A stretch of 63,957 nucleotides of DNA, filler included, from 5 parts of 5 records of this genome joined end to end with filler, not necessarily neighbours in it; one strand, 5' to 3'. Positions 51,301 to 59,774 are shown, counted from the first letter of the whole stretch. Translations and numbers: made by a program. Notes: generated from the letters alone by a model not told the origin.

Positions 51301-51427
51301 TTTCCGGAATATTAATATCCGGCATTAACGAAACCGGCAATAACCCGGAAGAAACAATTCCTAACATGAGTATGGCCACAAAGGTCATGATGACGGCAAT
51401 GGGCCGGTGTATAATAAATTTTACCAT
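48374..51427 (-). CDS. RND efflux permease (AcrB family), second paralogue
   Basis: LPVSLMPDINIPEI, GMMIDNSIIV, GIIINDSIL, RIKPIIMTSLTT. 1017 aa. Confidence 0.94.
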   Translation of the reverse strand: MVKFIIHRPIAVIMTFVAILMLGIVSSGLLPVSLMPDINIPEITVQVDYTGKSVREIENGVVSQLRQNLMQVPHLDDITSESYEGKGIIRLRFNYGADINYAIIDVNEQVDAAMQTLPKDLDRPSIIKASASDLPVFYINTWMKDSLADDNRFMELCELCQNVVVKRIEQLSEVAMVDITGQLEPELCILPDEAKIRPLNISQDLIKEAITNNNISLGSLQVIDGQYRYNIRFSNALRTINDIENIYIKAGDRILQLKDIAQVKMRSEERQGAFLNQNQQALSLAVIKQSDARMEDLKSNVEALIHTFENDFKDVKFEIVRDQTGLLQYAISNLKTSLIVGALLAFLIMFFFLKDARSPWLIGLSIPVSLVISVLFFHLIGLSINIISLSGLILGVGMMIDNSIIVIDNISQYLSNGESLPKACIKGTNEVIRPLISSVLTTCAVFLPLIFLSGISGALFYDQAMAVTVGLVVSLIVSITLLPTLYRLFWLRNKKGIDNGKVSKWLGKVNLVDIESVYEKGFHWVFKYRGVVFISFIMMLMVSVGLGLILKKERFPQFKQTELLLRIDWNNRINVTENINRADSIIAMCHSNLKMSNAFIGNQQYIMHKDMDLSLQESVIYLEVKKGKSVKKLQAQIENYLTQNYPECSFNFQRPGTIFEKLFSSKQADVEARISSNTRNGVPQLAQMNDIIHRLNQNIAVNELQPTASESFLEVRLKPALLAIYQVDQGNLYTTLKTAINSYQIGILRTGAQYVPIVLSDQQEKIEHMLRSLKVRNKNDDLISINQLVNLVPVTDYKVLHGGKDGAYVPVEFDASVISPDKLIPQIRNIIKQIANVNVSFSGSWFVTQSLIQELAIVLLISLLLLYFILAAQFESFLQPLIVLLEVPIDIAGAFLMLWIFGGSINLMSMIGIVVMCGIIINDSILKIDTINRLRKDGIPIFKAIEKAGHRRIKPIIMTSLTTILALVPFLWGSDMGSELQRPLALTVIGGMILGTLVSLYFVPLCYYYLYKSKFSA

Positions 51428-51435
51428 TTTACTGT

Positions 51436-51477
51436 TACACAGAGATTCACAGAGTACCGCAAAGCTCTACTGAGTTT
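51436..51477. repeat. Degenerate decamer array (CACAGAGATT-type) downstream of the GxxExxY gene
   Basis: CACAGAGATT CACAGAGTAC CGCAAAGCTC TACTGAGTTT (51438-51477). TACACAGAGATT (51436-51447) is the exact reverse complement of 51892-51903. Confidence 0.8.
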
Positions 51478-51857
51478 TAATTATTTGAATTGATATATCT
51501 CTTTAAGCCATTTTTTAGTAACTTTTCGTGAAAGTTTATGAGCAAACCTATTTCATATTCTCCTAATCTTAAATATGTTAAAATTTGAGCTTCATGAACT
51601 TCCGTTAAAGCCTCAACATGTTTTAGTTCAACCACCACTTTATCCTCAATTAACAAATCTATCCTGTAACCATGATCTAATTCAATTTCCTTGTAAACTA
51701 TAGGAAGTACCTTTTCTTTTTCAACTTTTAATCCTTCTTGCTTAAGTTCGTAACTTAAACATTCCTGATAAGCAGATTCCAACAATCCCGGACCAAGTAC
51801 TCTGTGGACTTCGATCGCCTTCCCTATAATTATTTTTGTTATATCGTTAGTTCTCAT
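51477..51857 (-). CDS. GxxExxY protein (PD-(D/E)XK nuclease-like)
   Basis: LGPGLLESAY (GxxExxY), YRIDLLIEDKVVVELK, HEAQILTYL, GLLINF. 126 aa. Confidence 0.95.
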   Translation of the reverse strand: MRTNDITKIIIGKAIEVHRVLGPGLLESAYQECLSYELKQEGLKVEKEKVLPIVYKEIELDHGYRIDLLIEDKVVVELKHVEALTEVHEAQILTYLRLGEYEIGLLINFHEKLLKNGLKRYINSNN

Positions 51858-51888
51858 AATTAAATGTTACATATCCCCTTCTAATAAT

Positions 51889-54800
51889 TTAAATCTCTGT
51901 GTATCTCAGTGATTTCCTGGCGAATCTCCGCGAAACTCCAAAATTCATAAACAAAGGCAACCACACAAAAATGGCCACTAATGAAAACAGTAAGCCTCCA
52001 ATACTTCCACAAGCCAACGAAAACCAAAACCCACCGTTTTGTCCATCTAATAAAAAGGGGATCATCCCCAGTATGGTAGATAATATCGTGAGCAGAATAG
52101 GAATCACTTTATGATTAAAGGCTTTGATATAAGAAGCGAGTCTGCTTTTCTGGTTGTAGTTTCTTACATTATTATTGAAATCATTGATAATGTACAAAGC
52201 CGAGTTGACGGTAATTCCACAAAGCAAAATCATAGAAGCATATCCTCCCTGATCAAATTTTAATTTAAAAATGGCGAAGGTGAGAAAAACACCAATAAAA
52301 GAAATGGGAATAGTGGCAATAACCACCAAAGGCTGCACCAGCGATTCTAACAAAATGGCACATATAAAATAAATAATACCTACCACCAATAGCAACAACC
52401 AATATTGTGTTTTCTCCTTATAATTCCAATTATACATATTCTTAAAACCATCCTGAGCATAATATCCCAAGGGTAATTCATTTTCCAGTTTTTCAATATT
52501 CTGGTTCAATACTTTTTTTGACAATTGGTAAGGACCTATAAAGTCGTACTCTACATTTAAACTGTATTGCTGGTTCGTTTTTCGGATGAGACTCCCGGTG
52601 CGTTCTTTTACAATTTTTCCAACATTTTTTAATCGTAAATAATCCTGATTGGCACTCAGCAAACTATTTTTAAACTGCCATAATTGAGCCGTTTCATTGT
52701 TTTCCCCTTTCACTATAATAGGATAGGTTCCATTTATGGCGTAATACATACCTGCATACAAATCGGAAGGTGAATAAAAGGACAAATTATTAAAAACACT
52801 TTGTAAAGAACTGTTATTCGCCACCAATACAGCCGGATTTAAATCCATCACAAACTCATATTTAGGCTTACCACGCCAGGAAGTTCCAGACTGAATAAAA
52901 ACTTCATTAATACGAGGGCTTAATAGTAAACTATCTTTTAAATTTTGTGCATAGTAAACCAATTGATCGTAGTTATATCCTTTTAGCTCTATACTGCTGC
53001 TTTTACCACCATCAGATAACGCATTGCTAAAGCCCCTGCCAATACCATATACACTAAAATCGGCCCCTCCAGTCTCTATAGCCTTATTCTGAAGCTCCTG
53101 TTTTAAATAATATGGAAATGTACTATTCTCTCCTTCTTTGGTAAACGCTATTTCTATGGTTGAATGATCAATACTATTAATCGATGAAACAAATCGTTTC
53201 ACTTCCTTAAACTTTGACAGTAAGTTTTCAAAATCAAGAAATACCTTATTCATTTGTTCCAAGGTTGCTCCATCCGGCATACTCACATTAACCCACAAGC
53301 GGGTCTGCTGATCATCCCAGTCCATACTACTTTGATCCATGTAAGAAGTAAAATAATATAAACTCCCACCTAAAATCTTATCTACCCAAGGACGAACTTC
53401 TGATTTATAATAGGAATTTCCCAAGGTGTTATTATACAACTCACCCCACCAGGTAAGTTTTTCACCTTTATGTTCATCAATTATTATTTCTTCAGGTATT
53501 AAGAATGTGGGCAAACCAAAACCCCAGATCATAACTCCTATACCGACCCATTGCCAGCGTTTACTAAATGTTATCATTTTTGTATATCTACCACTCCACC
53601 TGAAAGATCTTGCTTTATGTTTAAACCACTTTCCTGTTTTTTTTTGTTGCGAGTTACAAGTTTCAGGTTGATGTACAGCTCTTATAAGTTCCGAGTTCTG
53701 GCTTGATGCAATGCTATCCCTGATTAATCCCCTTTGCACTTTGCTCTCCGCCCTTCGCTTTCCTAACTGATTACTGTTTACTGAACACTGTTCACTGATA
53801 ACTGTTAACTGTTTCCTGAACACTGCCCTTCGCCCTCTCAGTGGAAACTTATCCATAATAGCCGGAATAAACCATAATGCCACACACAAAGAAACACTCA
53901 GGTTGATAATCATTACCCAAGCAAAATCCACCAGGTTGGCACGTTGTTCTTCTTTTAAAAAGAATATCACCACCATGGAGCCAATAGTTGTTAATGTAGC
54001 TGCCAAAATCGCTAAAAATGATTTTTTATTTCCGGTATGCCGGATATGATCTACCATCACAATTGTGTTATCAATCATAATTCCCAGAGATACAGTAACT
54101 CCTGCCAAACTATACAAGTGAATCTCAACATCCAGTAAATAGTAAAATAGAACACCTGCCGTTAGGTTAACTATCAGGCTTATTAATATAATTAACAGGT
54201 ATCGCCATCTGCGACTTATCATTAATACAAAGAGCAATAAAATAAGGATGGCCATCAATGCCCGTGCGCTAATCTTTGAAATTTCCTTTTGAATAACTTC
54301 TGAAGCATCGTAATTCAACATCATTTTAAACCGATCAGGAAAACCACCTTCCAAACCTGCTACAACAGCTTTTACCTTTTTAGATAATTGAACCTGATTA
54401 GCCCCTTTTTCGGAATAAATAACCAGGTAAATGGTATTTAGTCCATTAATACGGTAATAGGATTCCGGCGTAACTACTTTGGGTTGAATATCGGCCACAT
54501 CGGTCAATCGGATGATTCTTTTTCCCTGGTTACCAACAATAATTTCGCTCCAGATTAAACTATCCGATGGCTGACCTTTAAAAGTAAGAAACATGTTCCC
54601 TTTATCTTCCCAGCTTATATTGCCTAACTCCTGGCTTTGCAAATAATTTTGAATGGCTAGTTGAATGTCTCCGGCTTCCAGACCAGCTGATCGCATTTGA
54701 AATTTATTATAATTTACGACCCACTGAACCGGACTAGCTCCTGATACTATAACATTACTTACATCACTGAGTTGACCAATATAGGTGGCAATATGTTCCT

Positions 54801-55260
54801 CGGCATATTTTTGCAATTGATAATTACTTCCATCGCCATTTACATTGTAAACCATCAATACCGGATTGTTATTATCATTCCCGTTATTGTAAGTAACTAC
54901 AGGACGAGTAACTCCATCAGGTAGTTTTTTGTAGGCACTCCGCACCAATGAAGCCACCTCAAAGCGTGCCGCATCCACATCTGCCTTATCCTTAAAAGTC
55001 AACACAATATTGCCCGTTCCATTGGACGATTCTGAAGTGACATCTTTTACGCCCCGTACAGAAGATAGTACACCCTCTAAAGGAGAAGTCACCTCTTTTT
55101 CCAATACTTCGGCAGAAACATCTCCCCAACGAAAACACACGGTAACACTTTTACCCTGATGCCCCGGATTTAACCTGATAGGCAACATGGGTATTAAGGC
55201 CAAACCAACAATGGTAAACACCAGAAAAATAACGTTTATGGAAAAGCTGTTTTTGTACAT
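51889..55260 (-). CDS. RND efflux permease (AcrB family), first paralogue, with repeat-derived loop insertion
   Basis: LEKEVTSPLEG, GIMIDNTIVM, GITVNSAL, KVIPILLTILST. ATG 55260 preferred over TTG 55278. Confidence 0.92.
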   Translation of the reverse strand: MYKNSFSINVIFLVFTIVGLALIPMLPIRLNPGHQGKSVTVCFRWGDVSAEVLEKEVTSPLEGVLSSVRGVKDVTSESSNGTGNIVLTFKDKADVDAARFEVASLVRSAYKKLPDGVTRPVVTYNNGNDNNNPVLMVYNVNGDGSNYQLQKYAEEHIATYIGQLSDVSNVIVSGASPVQWVVNYNKFQMRSAGLEAGDIQLAIQNYLQSQELGNISWEDKGNMFLTFKGQPSDSLIWSEIIVGNQGKRIIRLTDVADIQPKVVTPESYYRINGLNTIYLVIYSEKGANQVQLSKKVKAVVAGLEGGFPDRFKMMLNYDASEVIQKEISKISARALMAILILLLFVLMISRRWRYLLIILISLIVNLTAGVLFYYLLDVEIHLYSLAGVTVSLGIMIDNTIVMVDHIRHTGNKKSFLAILAATLTTIGSMVVIFFLKEEQRANLVDFAWVMIINLSVSLCVALWFIPAIMDKFPLRGRRAVFRKQLTVISEQCSVNSNQLGKRRAESKVQRGLIRDSIASSQNSELIRAVHQPETCNSQQKKTGKWFKHKARSFRWSGRYTKMITFSKRWQWVGIGVMIWGFGLPTFLIPEEIIIDEHKGEKLTWWGELYNNTLGNSYYKSEVRPWVDKILGGSLYYFTSYMDQSSMDWDDQQTRLWVNVSMPDGATLEQMNKVFLDFENLLSKFKEVKRFVSSINSIDHSTIEIAFTKEGENSTFPYYLKQELQNKAIETGGADFSVYGIGRGFSNALSDGGKSSSIELKGYNYDQLVYYAQNLKDSLLLSPRINEVFIQSGTSWRGKPKYEFVMDLNPAVLVANNSSLQSVFNNLSFYSPSDLYAGMYYAINGTYPIIVKGENNETAQLWQFKNSLLSANQDYLRLKNVGKIVKERTGSLIRKTNQQYSLNVEYDFIGPYQLSKKVLNQNIEKLENELPLGYYAQDGFKNMYNWNYKEKTQYWLLLLVVGIIYFICAILLESLVQPLVVIATIPISFIGVFLTFAIFKLKFDQGGYASMILLCGITVNSALYIINDFNNNVRNYNQKSRLASYIKAFNHKVIPILLTILSTILGMIPFLLDGQNGGFWFSLACGSIGGLLFSLVAIFVWLPLFMNFGVSRRFARKSLRYTEI
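51892..51932. repeat. Inverted degenerate decamer array upstream of the GxxExxY gene
   Basis: AATCTCTGTG TATCTCAGTG ATTTCCTGGCG AATCTCCGCG. Reverse complements match the downstream array. Encodes the last codons of acrB. Confidence 0.8.
53646..53841. repeat. Patchwork of degenerate 7-bp tandem repeats inside acrB
   Basis: GTTGCGA GTTACAA GTTTCAG GTTGATG (53646-73). CTTTGCA CTTTGCT CTCCGCC CTTCGCT (53732-59). AACTGAT TACTGTT TACTGAA CACTGTT CACTGAT AACTGTT AACTGTT TCCTGAA CACTGCC (53765-827). Confidence 0.85.
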
Positions 55261-55281
55261 TCTTTTAGCTCTTAGCAAAAT

Positions 55282-55323
55282 AACTGTTCACTGATAACTG
55301 TTCACTGACAACAGTTCACTATT
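55282..55323. repeat. Intergenic 7-bp tandem repeat array
   Basis: AACTGTT CACTGAT AACTGTT CACTGAC AACAGTT CACTATT. Shares the exact 20-mer ACTGTTCACTGATAACTGTT with 53787-53806. Confidence 0.85.
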
Positions 55324-56398
55324 CACCCAAACTCACCGGACTTTCATGAGCCAGATTCAGATTATTACTTACAATTACCTGATCGCCCGGTTTTAAACTA
55401 CCATCGTTAATACACACTTCAACACTGTTTTCATCCGCAGTTTCTACATATACCCAATTGGCTTTGCCATCTTTATACACAAAAACTACCTTACGATTTT
55501 GCCTGTATAGTAAAGCCGACTTAGGAATAATGACACAATTCGGAACTTCTTTTTTAACCCTGATTTTTACATTCATGCCATCAATGAGCTTCTCATCCTG
55601 GTTAGAGACCTGTGCCGTTACCTTAATTAAGCCCTCTTCGATAAACGGATTGATTGAAATAATCTTACCCGTTTTTTCCACATTGGGCAATGCAAAGGGC
55701 AATACACTTACATTTTGTCCTTTATCAATCAGATTTAACTCCCCTTCCAACACATGGAATTTTACTTCCATATCATCCATATCGATAACCTGACAACAAT
55801 AATCATATTGCGACGACTGGTTGTATTTTTTTGCTAACAAGTTGGAAACTATACCGGCAATGGGCGACACAATTTTTGTTTGTTCATAATTACGTTTGGC
55901 CTCCTTTAAATCCGACAAGGTCTGGTTATAATTACTGCGTATCCTGAATGATTTCATAAAAGTATCCGGAACCTTGGCAGTATCTTTTAATGTATAGCCA
56001 TGCCCCAGTAATAAATCTGTTAAATCAATCAATGATTTATCATACACATTTTGCGCATCATTTAACTTCTTTAAATAATCTACAGAATCAATTACAGCAA
56101 TCACCTGTCCTTTTTTTACTTGATCACCTTCTTTTACAAGCACTCGCGTTATTTGTCCACTCACTTTAAAAGGCAGAATTACTTTTTCTGCAGCCACAAT
56201 AGCCCCATTACTAATCAGCTCGCGCGAAAAAGTACCCTGTCTAACCGCAGTTGTTTTTACCTTGATCTCTTCTTTTTCATTGTATGTTTTTTTAATCCCA
56301 TCGGTGCTTGGCTGCGAAGCCTGAGAAAAGGTACAACTTGTAATAGCAAAAGATGCAATTACAAATAACAATAAAATAAAAGCTTTATATTTTTTCAT
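55319..56398 (-). CDS. RND periplasmic adaptor (MFP), lipoprotein
   Basis: Lipobox AITSC, SGQITRVLVKEGDQVKKGQVIA, IVSPIAGIV, LIDGMNV, IPKSAL, LKPGDQVIVS. Confidence 0.92.
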   Translation of the reverse strand: MKKYKAFILLLFVIASFAITSCTFSQASQPSTDGIKKTYNEKEEIKVKTTAVRQGTFSRELISNGAIVAAEKVILPFKVSGQITRVLVKEGDQVKKGQVIAVIDSVDYLKKLNDAQNVYDKSLIDLTDLLLGHGYTLKDTAKVPDTFMKSFRIRSNYNQTLSDLKEAKRNYEQTKIVSPIAGIVSNLLAKKYNQSSQYDYCCQVIDMDDMEVKFHVLEGELNLIDKGQNVSVLPFALPNVEKTGKIISINPFIEEGLIKVTAQVSNQDEKLIDGMNVKIRVKKEVPNCVIIPKSALLYRQNRKVVFVYKDGKANWVYVETADENSVEVCINDGSLKPGDQVIVSNNLNLAHESPVSLGE

Positions 56399-56466
56399 TT
56401 AAATGATTGACTATTTTGATATCGACTATATAAAAGTTCGAGTAAATCTACTCAATAATAAAAAAA

Positions 56467-56999
56467 CTATTTTGCACAAATTTCTCTATAAAGTTTTGTC
56501 ATTTCCTTATCTCCGAATGGTGTCCCTACAAGCTGTACTTTATTTTCCTCATCTATTAGAAGCCCTGCATTTATAACCCATATAGGAAATTCTTTTTTGT
56601 AATAACTATATTTAAATAACCTATCATAAGCAACATATGAATCCGCTTCTATATGTTTAATTTGTTCAACTTCCTTAAGAAAGTGTTTCGTTTCACCTCC
56701 CTGAATTACAAAAAGCAAAGTGCTATTGGGAGCCATTCCTAAAGAATCCATCTTCTCCTGCCATTTAATAAACTTAGGGTAACATGGCTCACATCCTTCC
56801 TTTAAACATACCACTGATATATATTTATACTTATTACGAAAGTCTTTAAAACTCATGTAATTATTGCCCTTCCATATTGAATCCAATGTGTGCAGGTTTA
56901 ACTCTCTTCCTACCGAGTTTTCTATATCTTGCTTTATACTATTTTTGCTTGTACATGCAAAAAACAGCATATACAAGAAATTACAATCGTAAATCTCAT
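56467..56999 (-). CDS. Thioredoxin-like (CxxC) Bacteroidota lipoprotein; signal peptide possibly frameshifted
   Basis: CLKEGCEPC and LLIDEENKVQLVGTP. FFAC lipobox is in frame, but the natural-looking ATG at 56999 is one base out of frame. Confidence 0.55.
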
Positions 57000-57102
57000 G
57001 AGTTTTAACATTTAATATCAAGACTAATAGCCAATTTGCTTGACTTATGCATAGCCTATCATATCCATTTGTATTTAATTCTTTCTTAATATATATTCGC
57101 GG

Positions 57103-57150
57103 TTATATTTCTAGATTAACATACCCAAATGGCTCTTCCTGATCTTCAAA
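57103..57150 (-). CDS. 3' end of an upstream CDS (partial, unidentified)
   Basis: Open frame from the contig edge reads FEDQEEPFGYVNLEI*, same orientation as the cluster. Confidence 0.35.
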   Translation of the reverse strand, partial: FEDQEEPFGYVNLEI

Positions 57151-57250
57151 NNNNNNNNNNNNNNNNNNNNNNNNNNNNNNNNNNNNNNNNNNNNTTAATT
57201 AATTAANNNNNNNNNNNNNNNNNNNNNNNNNNNNNNNNNNNNNNNNNNNN
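57151..57250. other. Artificial contig spacer
   Basis: 44 N + TTAATTAATTAA + 44 N. Confidence 0.98.
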
Positions 57251-57314
57251 TTTGTTTTGTAGGCGAAGCCCTTTTTTATAAATAACAAATAACAGAGAAA
57301 TATTGGAGGAAGTG

Positions 57315-58481
57315 ATGGAAACAATATTGGCAAGTAATTCAATGAGGAATTTCAGTTGTATAGGAGGAGCTTGCGAAGCTTCCTGTTGCAAAGCAGGCTG
57401 GAATATTAATATTGATAAAACAACATATGATCTATACATGACAGCGAAGAATGACACAGTTATAAATTTCATAGAAAATGTTGTATTGCATCCAGAGGAG
57501 ATACGCTCGGAATATAGATATGCGACATTTGCAAAGGAAAACGGTGAGTGCAAACTACTAGATAATAACGGGTTCTGTAAAATTCATTCTAGATATGGTG
57601 TGCCTGCACTTTCAAATGTTTGCAATACTTATCCCAGAGTAGTTAATAGAGTAAACGGAGAGTTTGAAATTGCTTGGAGTATTTCTTGTCCAGAAATAGT
57701 TAGATTCATGATGAATAATACTTCGACAAAATTCGAAAGAGTGGATGCAAGTAATTATTTAGGTGGTGTATTTGCTCTGGGTCATATATATGAACAGGAG
57801 AATTATAATACGAAATGGCAATATTTATTACCTGAAATTAGAGATGTTATTTTGAAAATATCTCTTGAGAAAGAGTTTCAGCTTAATGAGAGACTTATTA
57901 AAATAGGTAAATTTGTTCGAAAAATTCAAAATGAAATTAATGAGAATAATTATATCTTTTCAGCTGAAGAAATATTACAAGAAGTTCAAGATAAAAATTT
58001 AATTACAGAAGTATCAGATGAGAAGCAAGAGCAGCATTTTGCATATCTGTTTTCAATTTGCCATGACAGAGCTGTACTTGATTCGACTTATAGTAATTTT
58101 ATTGAGAAGTTAGAGATGGAATTAAGGTATGTGTTTACTACTAAGAGATATGCAGAGAATGAGATAAATAAAAAGTACAGAAATTTTATTGAAAATTATG
58201 TACATAATTTGATTATGCAGACGATTTTTCCCTTAACAGAAGGTAAAAATATTTTTGCTGAGTATTCGAAATTAGTAATTAATTACTCTTTATTATTGAT
58301 GCATATTAACTATTTTATTCTAGATACTAATGAAATAGATGAACAGTATTTTATAGATACTATTGTTAGATTTTCCAGAGATATGGAACATGACAGTAAA
58401 TTTATGGGGGATGTTTATTTCAAATCTGAGCTTCAAAATTATATGAATTTAAACACAATGATAGAACTATTAAGTTTATAA
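57315..58481 (+). CDS. fliB: Flagellin lysine-N-methylase family protein
   Basis: FSCIGGACEASCC.AGWNINIDK, CKLLDNNGFCKIH, LSNVCNTYPR, SCPE, ENYVHN, FSRDMEH. GGAGG RBS before ATG 57315. Confidence 0.85.
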   Translation: METILASNSMRNFSCIGGACEASCCKAGWNINIDKTTYDLYMTAKNDTVINFIENVVLHPEEIRSEYRYATFAKENGECKLLDNNGFCKIHSRYGVPALSNVCNTYPRVVNRVNGEFEIAWSISCPEIVRFMMNNTSTKFERVDASNYLGGVFALGHIYEQENYNTKWQYLLPEIRDVILKISLEKEFQLNERLIKIGKFVRKIQNEINENNYIFSAEEILQEVQDKNLITEVSDEKQEQHFAYLFSICHDRAVLDSTYSNFIEKLEMELRYVFTTKRYAENEINKKYRNFIENYVHNLIMQTIFPLTEGKNIFAEYSKLVINYSLLLMHINYFILDTNEIDEQYFIDTIVRFSRDMEHDSKFMGDVYFKSELQNYMNLNTMIELLSL

Positions 58482-58611
58482 AATGTATGCAAAAATCAGA
58501 ACAATAACTTACAAGAGAGAACTTATTATAAAAGCTAATTAATTAAAAAATAAAGGATGTGGGAAAATGGGTAATTTAAAAAATGATGAAAAATTAGTAG
58601 AATAATTCATA

Positions 58612-58651
58612 TAAATAGAGAGAATCAGTTTAAACTGATCCTCTCTATTTA
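58612..58651. terminator. Long hairpin / bidirectional terminator between convergent genes
   Basis: TAAATAGAGAGAATCAGTTT / AAACTGATCCTCTCTATTTA, a near-perfect inverted repeat. Confidence 0.7.
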
Positions 58652-58665
58652 TTATATTTATATTT

Positions 58666-59328
58666 TTAAATAAACTCTAAGTTATTAGCTTTCATCATGT
58701 AGTTGTAGTTTAAATCATTCACGCATTTAGGGCTTACCCAAAAGTCAGGAAAAAGGATCTGCTCGTTATACATAACCTGAGCATGTTCGCAGTAACTTTT
58801 GATAGAATCAACTAATTCGTGATATAGATTCGAAGTAGCAAAATTACTCGTACAAATAACCTCTTTACTAACTGTATCTATTACTTTTTCAGGATAACTA
58901 AGCTCTAATCCAATATTTGAATTGGAACTTGAGTCAAAGTATGCTACACTCAGCCTTTTATTTTGCTTCAGCTGAAGTGAAAATGGTGATAAATTAATGA
59001 CCGCTTGTATCGGAAGTTGCTGAATTCTTTTTTTCTTATTTGCTTCTAATCCAATTGATTCAGGAGAAGCCAGATTAATATCATTGGTTATTCTGGTATA
59101 GATGTTTAGTTCGTTTTCATGTCCCTGCCAAACTTCACCAGAGATAACTTTTTTATAGAATAGTGAGTAATTAAAAAAGATAGATTCCTTATCATTTATC
59201 TGATTACTTTCTTCTATAGGGGCACATTTTTCTGCTATAAACCATTTAATATCAGTAAGGACATTTCTTAATTCATCAGGAGTTAAGATGAATTTAATTT
59301 TTTGCCATTTTAAACTTCTGTAATTCAT
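58666..59328 (-). CDS. Hypothetical protein
   Basis: 220-aa ORF in AT-rich DNA with a GAGGTG RBS. No family recognised. Confidence 0.7.
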   Translation of the reverse strand: MNYRSLKWQKIKFILTPDELRNVLTDIKWFIAEKCAPIEESNQINDKESIFFNYSLFYKKVISGEVWQGHENELNIYTRITNDINLASPESIGLEANKKKRIQQLPIQAVINLSPFSLQLKQNKRLSVAYFDSSSNSNIGLELSYPEKVIDTVSKEVICTSNFATSNLYHELVDSIKSYCEHAQVMYNEQILFPDFWVSPKCVNDLNYNYMMKANNLEFI

Positions 59329-59774
59329 TTTTTCACCTCAAAGTATTGGATTTCCCTTTAACCTCTTATCCCCATACTTTTGAAAAACATCCGTTTTATT
59401 TTCAGCAATTTTTGCTTATTTTAGATACAAATCAATTTAAATATTACTAGTTATCAGTAACAAAACACATATAAAACTACTTTTAATAGATTAAATAATA
59501 ACCGAAAAGAGTTTCAATATGAATTAATTTATTCAACTAATACATATTATACTCTATAAGAAGATAAAGTTCAATAGAAAAGTCATTAAAATCAATTAAC
59601 TTTTTTAAAGAGTCATTTTGTAAGAATAAATTCTGAATAGATATTTGATATGAAACTATTTTTCATATTAAGTTAAAATATTTTTTGTAACAGAACGATA
59701 CTTATTATGGTAAAATAATATATATATGTTAAAGTGTTTTTTGAATTGGAGTTTGTAGATTACAGGGAGGTATT

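Noticed and set aside
9923-55260. Three AcrB genes as a resistance island
   Set aside because: They lie on different contigs from evidently different organisms, with no integrase or transposase nearby.
53765-55323. Short repeats as a possible CRISPR array
   Set aside because: Units are 7 bp and tandem, with no unique spacers and no cas genes.
9687-57250. Four identical TTAATTAATTAA palindromes embedded in N runs
   Set aside because: Artificial linkers with stops in all frames that join unrelated contigs. They are not biological repeats, and no gene linkage was inferred across them.
57203-57553. 116-aa minus-strand ORF in the track
   Set aside because: Antisense to fliB and ends only in the artificial linker.
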